Assembly: GCA_038231435.1 (NCBI GenBank) | Contig: JBBRLJ010000055.1 | Span: 1 to 27,969 of the forward strand | Source: Planctomycetota bacterium | GTDB taxonomy: Bacteria; Planctomycetota; UBA11346 | Direction of reading: 5' to 3' | Length of the DNA stretch: 27,969 bases | In this document: positions 1 to 8,016 of the stretch, in pieces | Numbering within the stretch: the first letter of the stretch is position 1 | How the letters are laid out: every line of letters starts with the position of its first letter | The notes under the pieces: generated by a model | The model's input: the letters and a program-made list of their open reading frames with translations, nothing else | What the model was told of the DNA's origin: nothing | Databases searched by the model: none | Translations under genes and position numbers: made by a program

Positions 1-250
1 GATCTCGCCGGAAGCCGGCGAGATCGTCGGCGGATGGGCTACGCCCATTGTATCCGCCGACCGCCCCTCGGCGCCCGGCGGTTTTCGTTCAGGGGCTTCG
101 CCCCTACGGCCCTGCGGGCCTACCCCACGGGCTTTGTCGGGGCTCGATCTCGCCGGAAGCCGGCGAGATCGTCGGCGGATGGGCTACGCCCATTGTATCC
201 GCCGACCGCCCCTCGGCGCCCGCCCCATCGCTCCGCGATGGGGCCCCCGG
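1..250 (+). repeat. Tandem dimer of multi-hairpin REP/BIME-like repeat (unit A truncated at window start 1-77, linker 78-90, unit B 91-222, terminal hairpin 222-244)
   Basis: 1-77 is identical to 146-222 (145-bp period). Hairpins: AGGGGC-ttc-GCCCCT, GGCCC-tgc-GGGCC, GATCTCGCCGG-aag-CCGGCGAGATC, GTCGGCGGA-TGGGC-tac-GCCCA-ttgta-TCCGCCGAC, GCCCCATCGC-tcc-GCGATGGGGC. The same family occurs at 27611-27912. Confidence 0.92.
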
Positions 251-260
251 GCCTTACGCA

Positions 261-288
261 TGTCCCTTTCCTCGTGTCCCTTTCCTCG
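261..288. repeat. 14-bp tandem direct repeat TGTCCCTTTCCTCG x2
   Basis: Exact copies at 261-274 and 275-288. Confidence 0.85.
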
Positions 289-312
289 TGACGCGAGCGA
301 AGCAAGCATGAC

Positions 313-432
313 GGCCGCCGAGGCCTGGTTTGCGTGAACAATGGGCGTAGCCCATCACGCAAACTTTCTGGCCGCCCGGCGGACAGAAAGAGGGACGACA
401 AAGGCCGTGGGGGCCCGGGGGCGGAGCCCCCG
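313..432 (-). repeat. Diverged inverted copy of the multi-hairpin repeat
   Basis: The reverse complement reads CGGGGGC-tcc-GCCCCCG..CCCCACGGCCTTTGTCG..CTTTCTG(stem)CAGAAAG-TTTGCGTGA-TGGGCTACGCCCATTGT-TCACGCAAA..CCTCGGCG, with the same motif order as the + strand units. Confidence 0.85.
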
Positions 433-437
433 CACCA

Positions 438-2567
438 TTAGGCTCTTGCGCACACCACCACCCGGCCGGTGAATGCGCCCATGCGCAGGATCAGCAGCTC
501 GCCGTCGATCACGGCGTCGTCGGGCGCGGCGTTCAACCCATCGATGATGCGCCAATCGCCTGCGGGCAGGCGCACCACGACGCTCTCAGCGGGCGCGTCG
601 GCGAAGGCGTGGGCGACCACCAGCAGGCTCCGTCCGTCCTCGGCCAGGCGCACCACCGCCTGCCAACCGGTCGGGTGGCGGTAGCTGGCGCCGCCGATGC
701 GCTCGATGCGCGAGCTTCCGCGATCGATGATCGGCGCCACGCGCTGGTAGAGCGCCTGCGCCTGCGCGACCACCGCCCACTGCTCGGCGGAGAGCGTGGT
801 GATGTCGCCCGAGATCGCCATGCGCCCGAGAAAGGTCGCCGCCAGGCTGTAGTGCATTCGGCGCGCAGTGTCCGCCGCCTTCAGCACCGCCCAAATCTGC
901 GATTGGCGCGGCAGGATCAGGCGGTGGAGATTCGCCGCCACGATCGGGATCTCGACCAGCTCGTGCGCATCCGAGAACGATGCCTGAGCGGACAGAGCCA
1001 TGAACGACGGCTCCAGGCGGTGTCCGCCCGAGGCGCAGTTCTCGATCACCAGCTCGGGAAGCTCGGCGCGCAGGCGAGCGAAGAACCGCTGCGTACCTTC
1101 GAGGCTCAGGCGCAGGCCCTCGCCAAGCGACTCGGGATGGTCGGCACCGATGCCGATGCATTCGTTGTAGTCGACCTTGATGTAGCCGACGCCGCAGGAA
1201 CGCAGCAGGCCGATGACGCGCTCGGCGAGGTAGTCGTGCACCCAGGGATCCGCCATGTTCCAGAAGCGCCGGCCAGAGGGCTCGATCGGCACGCCGTCAC
1301 GCGTCAGCTGGTGCGCTGTCTGATGCCATGCGTCGCTGGTCGGGCCCATGGTCTCGAATTCGAACCACAGACCGGGGATCAACCCGCGCGCGCGGATCTC
1401 GGCACAGGTATGGGCCAGACCCTTCGGGAACAGCTTCGGGCTGGGCAGCCAGTCACCTGAGCTCTCGCCCCAGTTGCGGCCTTCCTGCTGATACCAGCCG
1501 GCGTCGATGACCAGGAACTTGGTCGCGGTTCCGCGCAGGCGGTCGCTGATCGCCATGAGCAGGTCGTGGCTGGGATTGCCCCAGGTGGTGCAGTATTCAT
1601 TGCAGACGATCGGCAGCGCAGCCTCGACGGCTGGGAGCCGCTCGAGTCCCCGCCGCTGCACGAGGGTCAGACGCGCGCACAGATCATCGATGTCCCCGTG
1701 CGCGCAGGCGAGGATCGCCTCGGGACCGGCGAAGGATTCGCCGGGCGCGAGCCGCTTCATCCAGTGGCCGGATTCGCGGTCGGCGAGGCCTCCCGAGATG
1801 TTCACGAAGTCGTCCTTGCGGTAGAGCTCGAGCTGCCACGAGCCCGGCACCGCCAACATGGCGCCCCACATCACCCCGGCCACGGTGTCCTCGACGCCGA
1901 CGAACGGGAACCAGCCGCGCACCGGCATCGAGCCGGCCTGGCCGAAGCGTTCATTGAGCATGCAGTGCCCGGTCCACGAGCGCTCGAGGTGCAGCGCCTC
2001 GAAGGGCACCGCCTCGTGGCGGCCTTCCGATGACCACGCTGAACGGAAACGGTGCGCGTGCAGCCGTTCCGGAGCGTCGTCGGCGGCGACTGGCGAGATG
2101 TGTCCGAGCGAGAAGCTGGTGAGCATCTCCAGGGTGACTGGCTGGTCGCCGCCATTGGTCAGCTCGGTGCGCACCGTGAAGGCGTTCTCGGGATCGCGAT
2201 GTTCGAGACGGTGGGAGACCCGCATGCCCCGCGCGCCGGCGAGCACGGTGGTGATCACGGTAGAGCCACCATTGCGCACCGCCGTCTGCGCCACATGGCG
2301 CAGCGCGTGCATCGCCGGCGAGCCGCGCAGCGATCGGCCTTGCGAAAATCCGCCGGAATACGCGTCGCCGACAAGCTTGTAGTGGGCGAGGCCGTCAACG
2401 TTCCAGGCCTTGGGCCACGCCGCCGGAGGCAAGCCGCTCTCGCGATGGTCGGGTATGCGTCCGCGCAGCGCGGCAGGGATCAGACACAGACCAACGCGGC
2501 CTTCTTCCTCGAGGTAGCGCACCGCGGTATCGCCCAATACGTACTCGGAGAGGATGGCGCCGGGCAT
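438..2567 (-). CDS. Alpha-galactosidase, glycoside hydrolase family 36 (melibiase-like), ~709 aa
   Basis: GH36 motifs LVIDAGWY, GLWFEFE, YIKVDYN (nucleophile Asp), IENCASGGHR, SFSDAHE. Start moved to ATG 2567 (MPGAILSEY) after an AAAGG SD; the upstream ORF extension overlaps the GIY-YIG gene. Confidence 0.9.
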   Translation of the reverse strand: MPGAILSEYVLGDTAVRYLEEEGRVGLCLIPAALRGRIPDHRESGLPPAAWPKAWNVDGLAHYKLVGDAYSGGFSQGRSLRGSPAMHALRHVAQTAVRNGGSTVITTVLAGARGMRVSHRLEHRDPENAFTVRTELTNGGDQPVTLEMLTSFSLGHISPVAADDAPERLHAHRFRSAWSSEGRHEAVPFEALHLERSWTGHCMLNERFGQAGSMPVRGWFPFVGVEDTVAGVMWGAMLAVPGSWQLELYRKDDFVNISGGLADRESGHWMKRLAPGESFAGPEAILACAHGDIDDLCARLTLVQRRGLERLPAVEAALPIVCNEYCTTWGNPSHDLLMAISDRLRGTATKFLVIDAGWYQQEGRNWGESSGDWLPSPKLFPKGLAHTCAEIRARGLIPGLWFEFETMGPTSDAWHQTAHQLTRDGVPIEPSGRRFWNMADPWVHDYLAERVIGLLRSCGVGYIKVDYNECIGIGADHPESLGEGLRLSLEGTQRFFARLRAELPELVIENCASGGHRLEPSFMALSAQASFSDAHELVEIPIVAANLHRLILPRQSQIWAVLKAADTARRMHYSLAATFLGRMAISGDITTLSAEQWAVVAQAQALYQRVAPIIDRGSSRIERIGGASYRHPTGWQAVVRLAEDGRSLLVVAHAFADAPAESVVVRLPAGDWRIIDGLNAAPDDAVIDGELLILRMGAFTGRVVVCARA

Positions 2568-2714
2568 GCTGGCCTTTCGCTGTCGCGCGCTCACGATCCT
2601 TGGAGCACGTCCAAGACCCTCGCACGCTCCCCAGATGTAGCGCCGGCGTGCGGACGTTCCATCGCGGCGGGCACGCGGATTGCGGGACCTCGCTGGAGCG
2701 GGTACGCTACGGTG

Positions 2715-3020
2715 ATGCCCGCCGCCTTCGTCTACCTGATGCGCTGCCGCGACGGATCGCTGTACTGCGGTTGGACGACCGATCCAAAAGCCCGCGAGGC
2801 CACCCACAACAGCGGCCGGGGCGCCGCCTACACGCGTTCGCGGCGGCCGGTGCGCCTGGTCTACCTCGAAAGGCTGCGCGACCGCAGCGCCGCGCTCAAG
2901 CGCGAATGGGCGATCAAGCAGCTGCCGCGACAAGCAAAGCTGCTGCTGGTCGCGCGCGCGAAGAGCTCTTCCGCGCTCACTGCCGAAAAATCCCAACAGC
3001 GGCGCCGCCGTGCCGGCTGA
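2715..3020 (+). CDS. GIY-YIG nuclease family protein (UPF0213/YazA-like), 101 aa
   Basis: FVYLMRCRDGSLYCGWTTD..R..THNSGRGAAYTRSRRPVRLVYLE..SAALKREWAIKQLPR is the C-terminal part of ORF 2052-3020. ATG 2715 is preceded by a -10-like TACGCT. Confidence 0.9.
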   Translation: MPAAFVYLMRCRDGSLYCGWTTDPKAREATHNSGRGAAYTRSRRPVRLVYLERLRDRSAALKREWAIKQLPRQAKLLLVARAKSSSALTAEKSQQRRRRAG

Positions 3021-3225
3021 CTTCACCGTCAACGCCCGCGGCATCTGGGAATCATTGCCGCTGAGCCGGCGGATGCTGATCCTCAACTCGGTGTGGTGCA
3101 GCCGCTGCAAACGCGCGACCACCATCCGCGATTATCGCGGAAACGACCGTCGCGGCCGCCTGTTCCTCCAGGGCAGCTGCCAGCGCTGCGGCAGCGCGGT
3201 GGAGCACCAGGTCGAGCAGGACTGA
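3010..3225 (+). CDS. Small putative zinc-ribbon protein (CxxC...CxxC), 71 aa
   Basis: VWCSRCK...GSCQRCG. The GTG start overlaps the GIY-YIG stop by 11 nt, and the ORF fills the gap up to the convergent PhyH gene. Confidence 0.7.
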   Translation: MPADFTVNARGIWESLPLSRRMLILNSVWCSRCKRATTIRDYRGNDRRGRLFLQGSCQRCGSAVEHQVEQD

Positions 3226-3236
3226 ACCGGTAAGAC

Positions 3237-4100
3237 TTACGCCGTCTTCGCGGCGGCTGTGAGCACGGCCTGGGCGCGGGCCTCGCGCGCGGTCTGCTTG
3301 CGGTCCTGCCACGGCACGTGCCGGCGCGTGGCGCGCGGGATGCCGGGTCGGTGATAGCCGATGGTGTAGGCGTAGCGGCTCTGGTCGGTGGTGTTCGGCC
3401 CGGCGTAGTGGAGCGTCCGGCAGTGGAAAATCACCGCGCCGCCCGCGGCGAGCGGCACCGGCACCGCGGCGCGGGTATCGGCGACCAGGGTTTCGAGCCC
3501 GTGCACGCGCACGTCGTTGCCGATCGACTGGTGCTCGAGGATCTCGCCGCGGTGGCTGCCGGGAACGAACCACAGGCAGCCATTCTCGACCGTCGCGCGC
3601 TGGAGCGGCATCCAGATGCTCAGGCCGCGCGCGTCGCTCATCGGATCCCAGTAGGCCTCGTCCTGGTGCCAAGGCGTGGTCTTGCCATAGCGGGCGGGTT
3701 TCAGGATCGCATGGTCGCCGCCCCAGCGGACCTCCGATATCGGGCCATCGCCGAGCACCTGCCGCGACAGCGCCAGGCCGTTGGCGTGGTAGAGCGTCTC
3801 GCGCAGCTCGGGAGCCTTCGCCGACGGGGCGAGGATCTGCGGCAGACCCTCAGGCTTGCCGTCCTCATCGGCGCCGGCGAGGTCGAACTGCTCGCCGCGC
3901 TCGCGGCCGGCTCGTGCGGCGAACAGGCGCTCGAAGATCGCGTGCAGGCGCTCCACTTCGTCATCGCCGGTGATGCGCTCGATGCGCAGGAAGCCGTCGC
4001 GGTGGAATGCGGCGACCTGCTCGGCGGAGAACTCCACGTCCGCCTGGACGACTTCGCCAGTGGAGACAGCATTGGAGTCGGCGGTGGCGGTGGCGGTCAT
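3237..4100 (-). CDS. Phytanoyl-CoA dioxygenase (PhyH) family Fe(II)/2-oxoglutarate dioxygenase
   Basis: AFHRDGFL, TPWHQDEAYW (HxD), NGCLWFVPGSH, IFHCRTLHYAGPN, SRYAY; GGAG SD before the ATG. Confidence 0.92.
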   Translation of the reverse strand: MTATATADSNAVSTGEVVQADVEFSAEQVAAFHRDGFLRIERITGDDEVERLHAIFERLFAARAGRERGEQFDLAGADEDGKPEGLPQILAPSAKAPELRETLYHANGLALSRQVLGDGPISEVRWGGDHAILKPARYGKTTPWHQDEAYWDPMSDARGLSIWMPLQRATVENGCLWFVPGSHRGEILEHQSIGNDVRVHGLETLVADTRAAVPVPLAAGGAVIFHCRTLHYAGPNTTDQSRYAYTIGYHRPGIPRATRRHVPWQDRKQTAREARAQAVLTAAAKTA

Positions 4101-4218
4101 GGGTGCTCCCGATGCCGGCCATCCTACCGCCTTCCGCGCGCGGGCGCGTACCGCCTTGTGCAGCGGAGAATGCCTTACATCCGCCGTCAGCGCGGGCGGA
4201 CGGGGGATTCACCACGGT

Positions 4219-5037
4219 CTATGGAGCGACGCGGGTGGAACTCGCCGCGTTCTGCGCCTCCAACCAGGGCATGTCGCGCGGCGTGGTGCGCGGCACGCCC
4301 GGGCGCCAGAATCCTACGATGTAGGCGTAGCGCTGGACCCCCGTGCGGTTGGGACCCGCGTAGTGCAGCGTGCGCACGTGATGGATCACCGCGCCACCCG
4401 CCGGCAGCGGCACCGGCACCGCCGCGCGCGTGTCGGCGACCAGCGTCTCGAGACCGTGCACACGCGGATCGCCACCGATCGGCTGGTGCATGAGCACGCC
4501 CAGGCGATGGCTGCCCGGCACGAACCACATGCAGCCGTTGTCGACGGTGGCCTCCTGGAGCGCGAGCCAGGTGCTGCAGCTGCGCGCATCCTGCATCGGC
4601 ACCGGCCAGTACGCCTCGTCCTGGTGCCACGGGGTGGCGGCGCCGTGGCGGGCGGGCTTGAGGATGGCGTGATCGCCACCACGGCCGAGTTCGTCGGCCG
4701 GGCCACCGAGCAGCTGAAGCGACGCCGCGCGAGCGTGCTCGTGGAAGCGGCCATGCGCCAGCTCTGGCGCGAGCTTGGAGGGCTCGAGGATCTGCGGCAG
4801 GCCCTCGGCCTTGCCGTCCACGTCAACCGCCGAGAGATCGAAATGGGCACCACGCTCACGGCCGGCGCGCTCGGCGAACAGGCGCTCGAGCACCAGGCGC
4901 AACCGCGCGACCTCATCGGCGTCGACCAGGCGCGGGATGGCGAGAAAGCCGTCGCGCTCGAAGGCGGTGATCTGTTCGTCAGTCAGGATCGGCGTGGTGG
5001 ATGGCAGAGCTGGTTCGCGGGCTGCGGCAACGGTCAT
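4219..5037 (-). CDS. PhyH family Fe(II)/2-oxoglutarate dioxygenase (tandem paralogue of 3237-4100)
   Basis: AFERDGFL, TPWHQDEAYW, NGCMWFVPGSH, HHVRTLHYAGPN. Start at ATG 5037 (MTVAAARE) after GGAG; the rest of ORF 4219-6033 is antisense to the AraC gene. Confidence 0.92.
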   Translation of the reverse strand: MTVAAAREPALPSTTPILTDEQITAFERDGFLAIPRLVDADEVARLRLVLERLFAERAGRERGAHFDLSAVDVDGKAEGLPQILEPSKLAPELAHGRFHEHARAASLQLLGGPADELGRGGDHAILKPARHGAATPWHQDEAYWPVPMQDARSCSTWLALQEATVDNGCMWFVPGSHRLGVLMHQPIGGDPRVHGLETLVADTRAAVPVPLPAGGAVIHHVRTLHYAGPNRTGVQRYAYIVGFWRPGVPRTTPRDMPWLEAQNAASSTRVAP

Positions 5038-5142
5038 GGGGGACTCCAGCGCGCATCGTAACCGGAACCTGCCGTGCCGGAGTGCCGATCCATCGCCGGA
5101 GAAATGCATACATCGGCCGGGGTCGGGCGTACGATCCGGCCC

Positions 5143-6051
5143 ATGGCGCTCCTCCCGCGCGCGAAATCCCTGCATCACGGCCGCTCGCGCGAGGACGTGC
5201 ACGGCGATCGCATGCTGCTGCCCGAACTCAGGCATATGGGCTGGGATGCGTGGACGCAGGCGCGGCCCGAGGCGCTCGGCGCCCATGTCCACGCTCGCCA
5301 CTGGGAGATCTGCTACCTCGCGCGCGGCCACGTCGAATGGTGGGTCGAGGACGAGGTCCATCGCGTCGAGGCCGGCAGCTTCTATCTGACGCGCCCGGGC
5401 GAGAACCATGGCGGGGTCGATCGCGTCATGCATGCGTGCGAGCTCTACTGGCTGCAGGTGCGCCTGCCCCCGCAAGGCCGCCTCCCGGGCATGACGGCGC
5501 GTGAGGGAGCTGCGATCGGCCGCGCATTCGCGGCCATCCACACGCGGGTCTTTCCCGGTTCGCCGGCAGTGCGCGAGCACTTCGAGCGGCTGCTCGCCGA
5601 GCATCGCGATCGTGACGGTGATTCGGTGGTGGCGGCGCGCGCGGCACTGCACCAACTGCTGGTCGAGACGCTGCGCAGCCATGGCCGCCACCATATTGTC
5701 CGCGAGCCATCGCCGCCGATCCGCCAAGCGATGGAGCTGCTCACGCGTCGGCTCGACGCATCGATCGCCATGGAGACGGTGGCGCGCGCGGTCGGCCTGG
5801 GCCCGAGCCGCTTCCACGAACGCTTCGTCGCCGAGCTCGGCACCACGCCGCTCGAATTCCTGACGCGCCGGCGCATCGAGCGCGCCCAGCAGCTGCTCAC
5901 CGAAGACGTGCCGATCGCCGAGGTCGCGCGCCAGCTGGGCTTCACGCGCGAGCACTTCAGCCTGGTGTTCCGCAAGGTCCTCGGCAGCACCCCCGCCGCG
6001 TGGCGCGACCGTGACCGCGACCAGGATGCCCACGGCGCCGCACCGAGTTAG
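5143..6051 (+). CDS. AraC family transcriptional regulator (cupin sensor + double HTH)
   Basis: HVHARHWEICYLARGH cupin; C-terminal VARAVGLGPSRFHERF..GTTP..IAEVARQLGF..HFSLVFRKVLGSTPAAWR. Start ATG 5143 follows TACGAT. Confidence 0.92.
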   Translation: MALLPRAKSLHHGRSREDVHGDRMLLPELRHMGWDAWTQARPEALGAHVHARHWEICYLARGHVEWWVEDEVHRVEAGSFYLTRPGENHGGVDRVMHACELYWLQVRLPPQGRLPGMTAREGAAIGRAFAAIHTRVFPGSPAVREHFERLLAEHRDRDGDSVVAARAALHQLLVETLRSHGRHHIVREPSPPIRQAMELLTRRLDASIAMETVARAVGLGPSRFHERFVAELGTTPLEFLTRRRIERAQQLLTEDVPIAEVARQLGFTREHFSLVFRKVLGSTPAAWRDRDRDQDAHGAAPS

Positions 6052-6176
6052 ATGCGTAACCCCGGCGTCGCGCCGCCGCAGCTCGCATCACATCGGGACA
6101 TCTCTTCTATTTCTACGTATTGACTGGATGAGCAGCGAATGGCTGGAAACGCCCAGCATCTCATCGATGCTCAGGC

Positions 6177-7049
6177 ATGGCCGAAACCATCGCCGCTTCC
6201 TCAGGACATGCCCGGGCGATTCCCGACCACGACCGCTGGGGCTGGGCGCGCCAGCTGCTGCGCCTGGCCTGCCCCCATGCTCAACGAACGCTGTTCGCAG
6301 ACGGCCACGACGGTAGCAACGTCATCGACTACCACCGCCTGTTCCTGGTGCCGTCATCCTCGACCGAGGGCAGCCGGGTGGTGGACGAGGCGACGCGGCG
6401 CGAGGTGCCGCTCGCCCGCGGCTCGATCACCCTGCTGCCGTCACGGCGTCGCTACCGCTTCCGTTTCGAGCCCGGACTCCGTCTGGTCGGGTTCCACTTC
6501 CGGCTCGAGGCGGTGGCGGGTTACGATGTACTGGGCGATGCCGTGGAGCTCGGACAGCGCCGGGGCGAGCAGGTCGAAACCGACGAGGCCTGGGATGCGC
6601 TCGCGCTCGACGGAGCCGGCCGCTGGCTGGCTGCAGAGGGCATCCTGCGACTGCAGCTCGGTCGATCGGTCGCCATCGATTGGGAATCGCTCGGTGCCGC
6701 CATCGGCGCGGGACGCATCTGGGAGCCGGTGCTCGCCGCACTCGGTGCGGCTCCAGCGGGCGGCGCCGGCATCGCCGCCCTGGCGCGGCGCGCGCGCATG
6801 AGCCGCGAGCACTTTGCGCGCAGCTTCCGCGCACGCTTCGGCCTGAGTCCGCGCGCCTGGCACCTGCGCCAGCTCGCCGTACGCGCCGTCGAGCGCCTGC
6901 TCGGCGGCGACGACACGCTCGGCATGGTGGCCGAGGAGTTCGGTTTCTGCGACGCGTTCGCCTTTTCGCGCTTCGTGCGCAGGCAGGTGGGCATGAGCCC
7001 TACCCAGTTGCGCGAGCACGGCCCGTTCGGCATGCCCAGGCGGACGTGA
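6177..7049 (+). CDS. AraC family transcriptional regulator
   Basis: LARRARMSREHFARSFRARFGLSP..VAEEFGFCDAFAFSRFVRRQVGMSPTQLR. Confidence 0.9.
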   Translation: MAETIAASSGHARAIPDHDRWGWARQLLRLACPHAQRTLFADGHDGSNVIDYHRLFLVPSSSTEGSRVVDEATRREVPLARGSITLLPSRRRYRFRFEPGLRLVGFHFRLEAVAGYDVLGDAVELGQRRGEQVETDEAWDALALDGAGRWLAAEGILRLQLGRSVAIDWESLGAAIGAGRIWEPVLAALGAAPAGGAGIAALARRARMSREHFARSFRARFGLSPRAWHLRQLAVRAVERLLGGDDTLGMVAEEFGFCDAFAFSRFVRRQVGMSPTQLREHGPFGMPRRT

Positions 7050-7063
7050 GCACGAGCGGTTTC

Positions 7064-7912
7064 CTAGAGTTTGCCGGAGGCGGCCGCGGCGCGGTATGCG
7101 CGCGGGGCGTAGCCGATGCGGCGCTTGAAGCGCAGCGAGAAGTAGAACGGGCTGGCGAAGCCGGTCTGCTGGGCCACGTCCTGGACCGACAACGGCGTTG
7201 CGCGCAAGAGCGCACACGCGCGCTCGATGCGACGCTCCTCGAGGAAGCGCTGCGGCGTGGTGCCGAGATGCTGGCGGAATAGGCGCGAAAAATGGGATTT
7301 CGAAACGCCCGCCGCTCGCGCCGCCGTGCCGAGATCGATGGGCTCGGCGAGCCGATCGCACATCACTCCGATCGCGCGCTTGAGCCGCTGATCCAGCCGC
7401 GAAGAGCCGCGCGACTGGTTCCAGCACCACAGAAACGCGCCCTCGAGCGCGTTCATCGCCAGCAGGTCGCGGTTGGGCAAGCCGCCGAGCGACAATGCCT
7501 GGGCCTCGTCGAGGCGCGCGACCACGCGCTCGCGCACCGTCGCTTCGGTCAACCGCAGCAGCGAGATGCCCGGCGCGACCTCTGGCCAATCCATCCACTC
7601 CAGCCACTGCGGCCGAGACTGGAACACCGCCCAGATCACTCCCCACGAGGTGCCTGGTGGCGGCCCATAATCGTGCGCCACGCGCGGTGCGATCAGCACG
7701 ATGTCGCCAGGCACGGCGACGATGGAGCCTGGCATCCTCGCGGTCGACGCTGACCCCGAGGACGTCCAGGCCACGCGGCAGGATCCCGAGAACGTGTACA
7801 TCACCAGGTGGTCGCGGATGCCGCGCTCACGCCACACCGGCCGACCGCTGTGCTGGTTGTGACCACCATAGATGGGCGTGGCTGCCGGGATGTAATCGTC
7901 AGTGCGTCCCAT
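7064..7912 (-). CDS. AraC family transcriptional regulator with arabinose-AraC-like sensor domain
   Basis: PGDIVLIAPRVAHDYG..WGVIWAVFQSRPQWLEWMDWP; HTH VSKSHFSRLFRQHLGTTP..VAQQTGFASPFYFSLRFKRRIGYAPRAYR. Confidence 0.92.
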   Translation of the reverse strand: MGRTDDYIPAATPIYGGHNQHSGRPVWRERGIRDHLVMYTFSGSCRVAWTSSGSASTARMPGSIVAVPGDIVLIAPRVAHDYGPPPGTSWGVIWAVFQSRPQWLEWMDWPEVAPGISLLRLTEATVRERVVARLDEAQALSLGGLPNRDLLAMNALEGAFLWCWNQSRGSSRLDQRLKRAIGVMCDRLAEPIDLGTAARAAGVSKSHFSRLFRQHLGTTPQRFLEERRIERACALLRATPLSVQDVAQQTGFASPFYFSLRFKRRIGYAPRAYRAAAASGKL

Positions 7913-7920
7913 GATAGGAT

Positions 7921-7926
7921 ATTATA
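7921..7926 (-). promoter_or_regulatory. -10 box (TATAAT) for a probably leaderless AraC transcript
   Basis: Perfect TATAAT on the minus strand 8 nt upstream of ATG 7912; no SD. Confidence 0.6.
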
Positions 7927-7947
7927 TGTTTGTGGGACGCGCCTGGA

Positions 7948-7976
7948 TGTACAGGTGAAAAAAGCACGGATATAAT
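7948..7976 (+). promoter_or_regulatory. Sigma70-type promoter for the PhyH gene at 8017
   Basis: TGTACA (7948-7953), 17-nt spacer, TATAAT (7971-7976), in an AT-rich divergent intergenic region. Confidence 0.6.
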
Positions 7977-8016
7977 CCCGATCAGCGCCACCACCCTTCA
8001 TCACCGAGGCACGATC

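Noticed and set aside
1..250. CRISPR array interpretation of the terminal repeats
   Set aside because: Units are ~130 bp with a ~141-145 bp period, there are no unique spacers and no cas genes.
34..555. Short ORFs 34-291, 48-311, 120-401, 134-337, 355-555
   Set aside because: They run through palindromic repeat DNA and encode Arg/Pro/Gly-rich sequence with internal duplication; they are not credible proteins.
2568..3125. N-terminal 186-aa extension of the GH36 ORF
   Set aside because: It is antisense to the clear GIY-YIG and zinc-ribbon genes, and there is an SD-supported start at 2567.
5038..6033. Apparent 604-aa fusion upstream of the second PhyH
   Set aside because: The extension is the antisense shadow of the AraC gene at 5143-6051.
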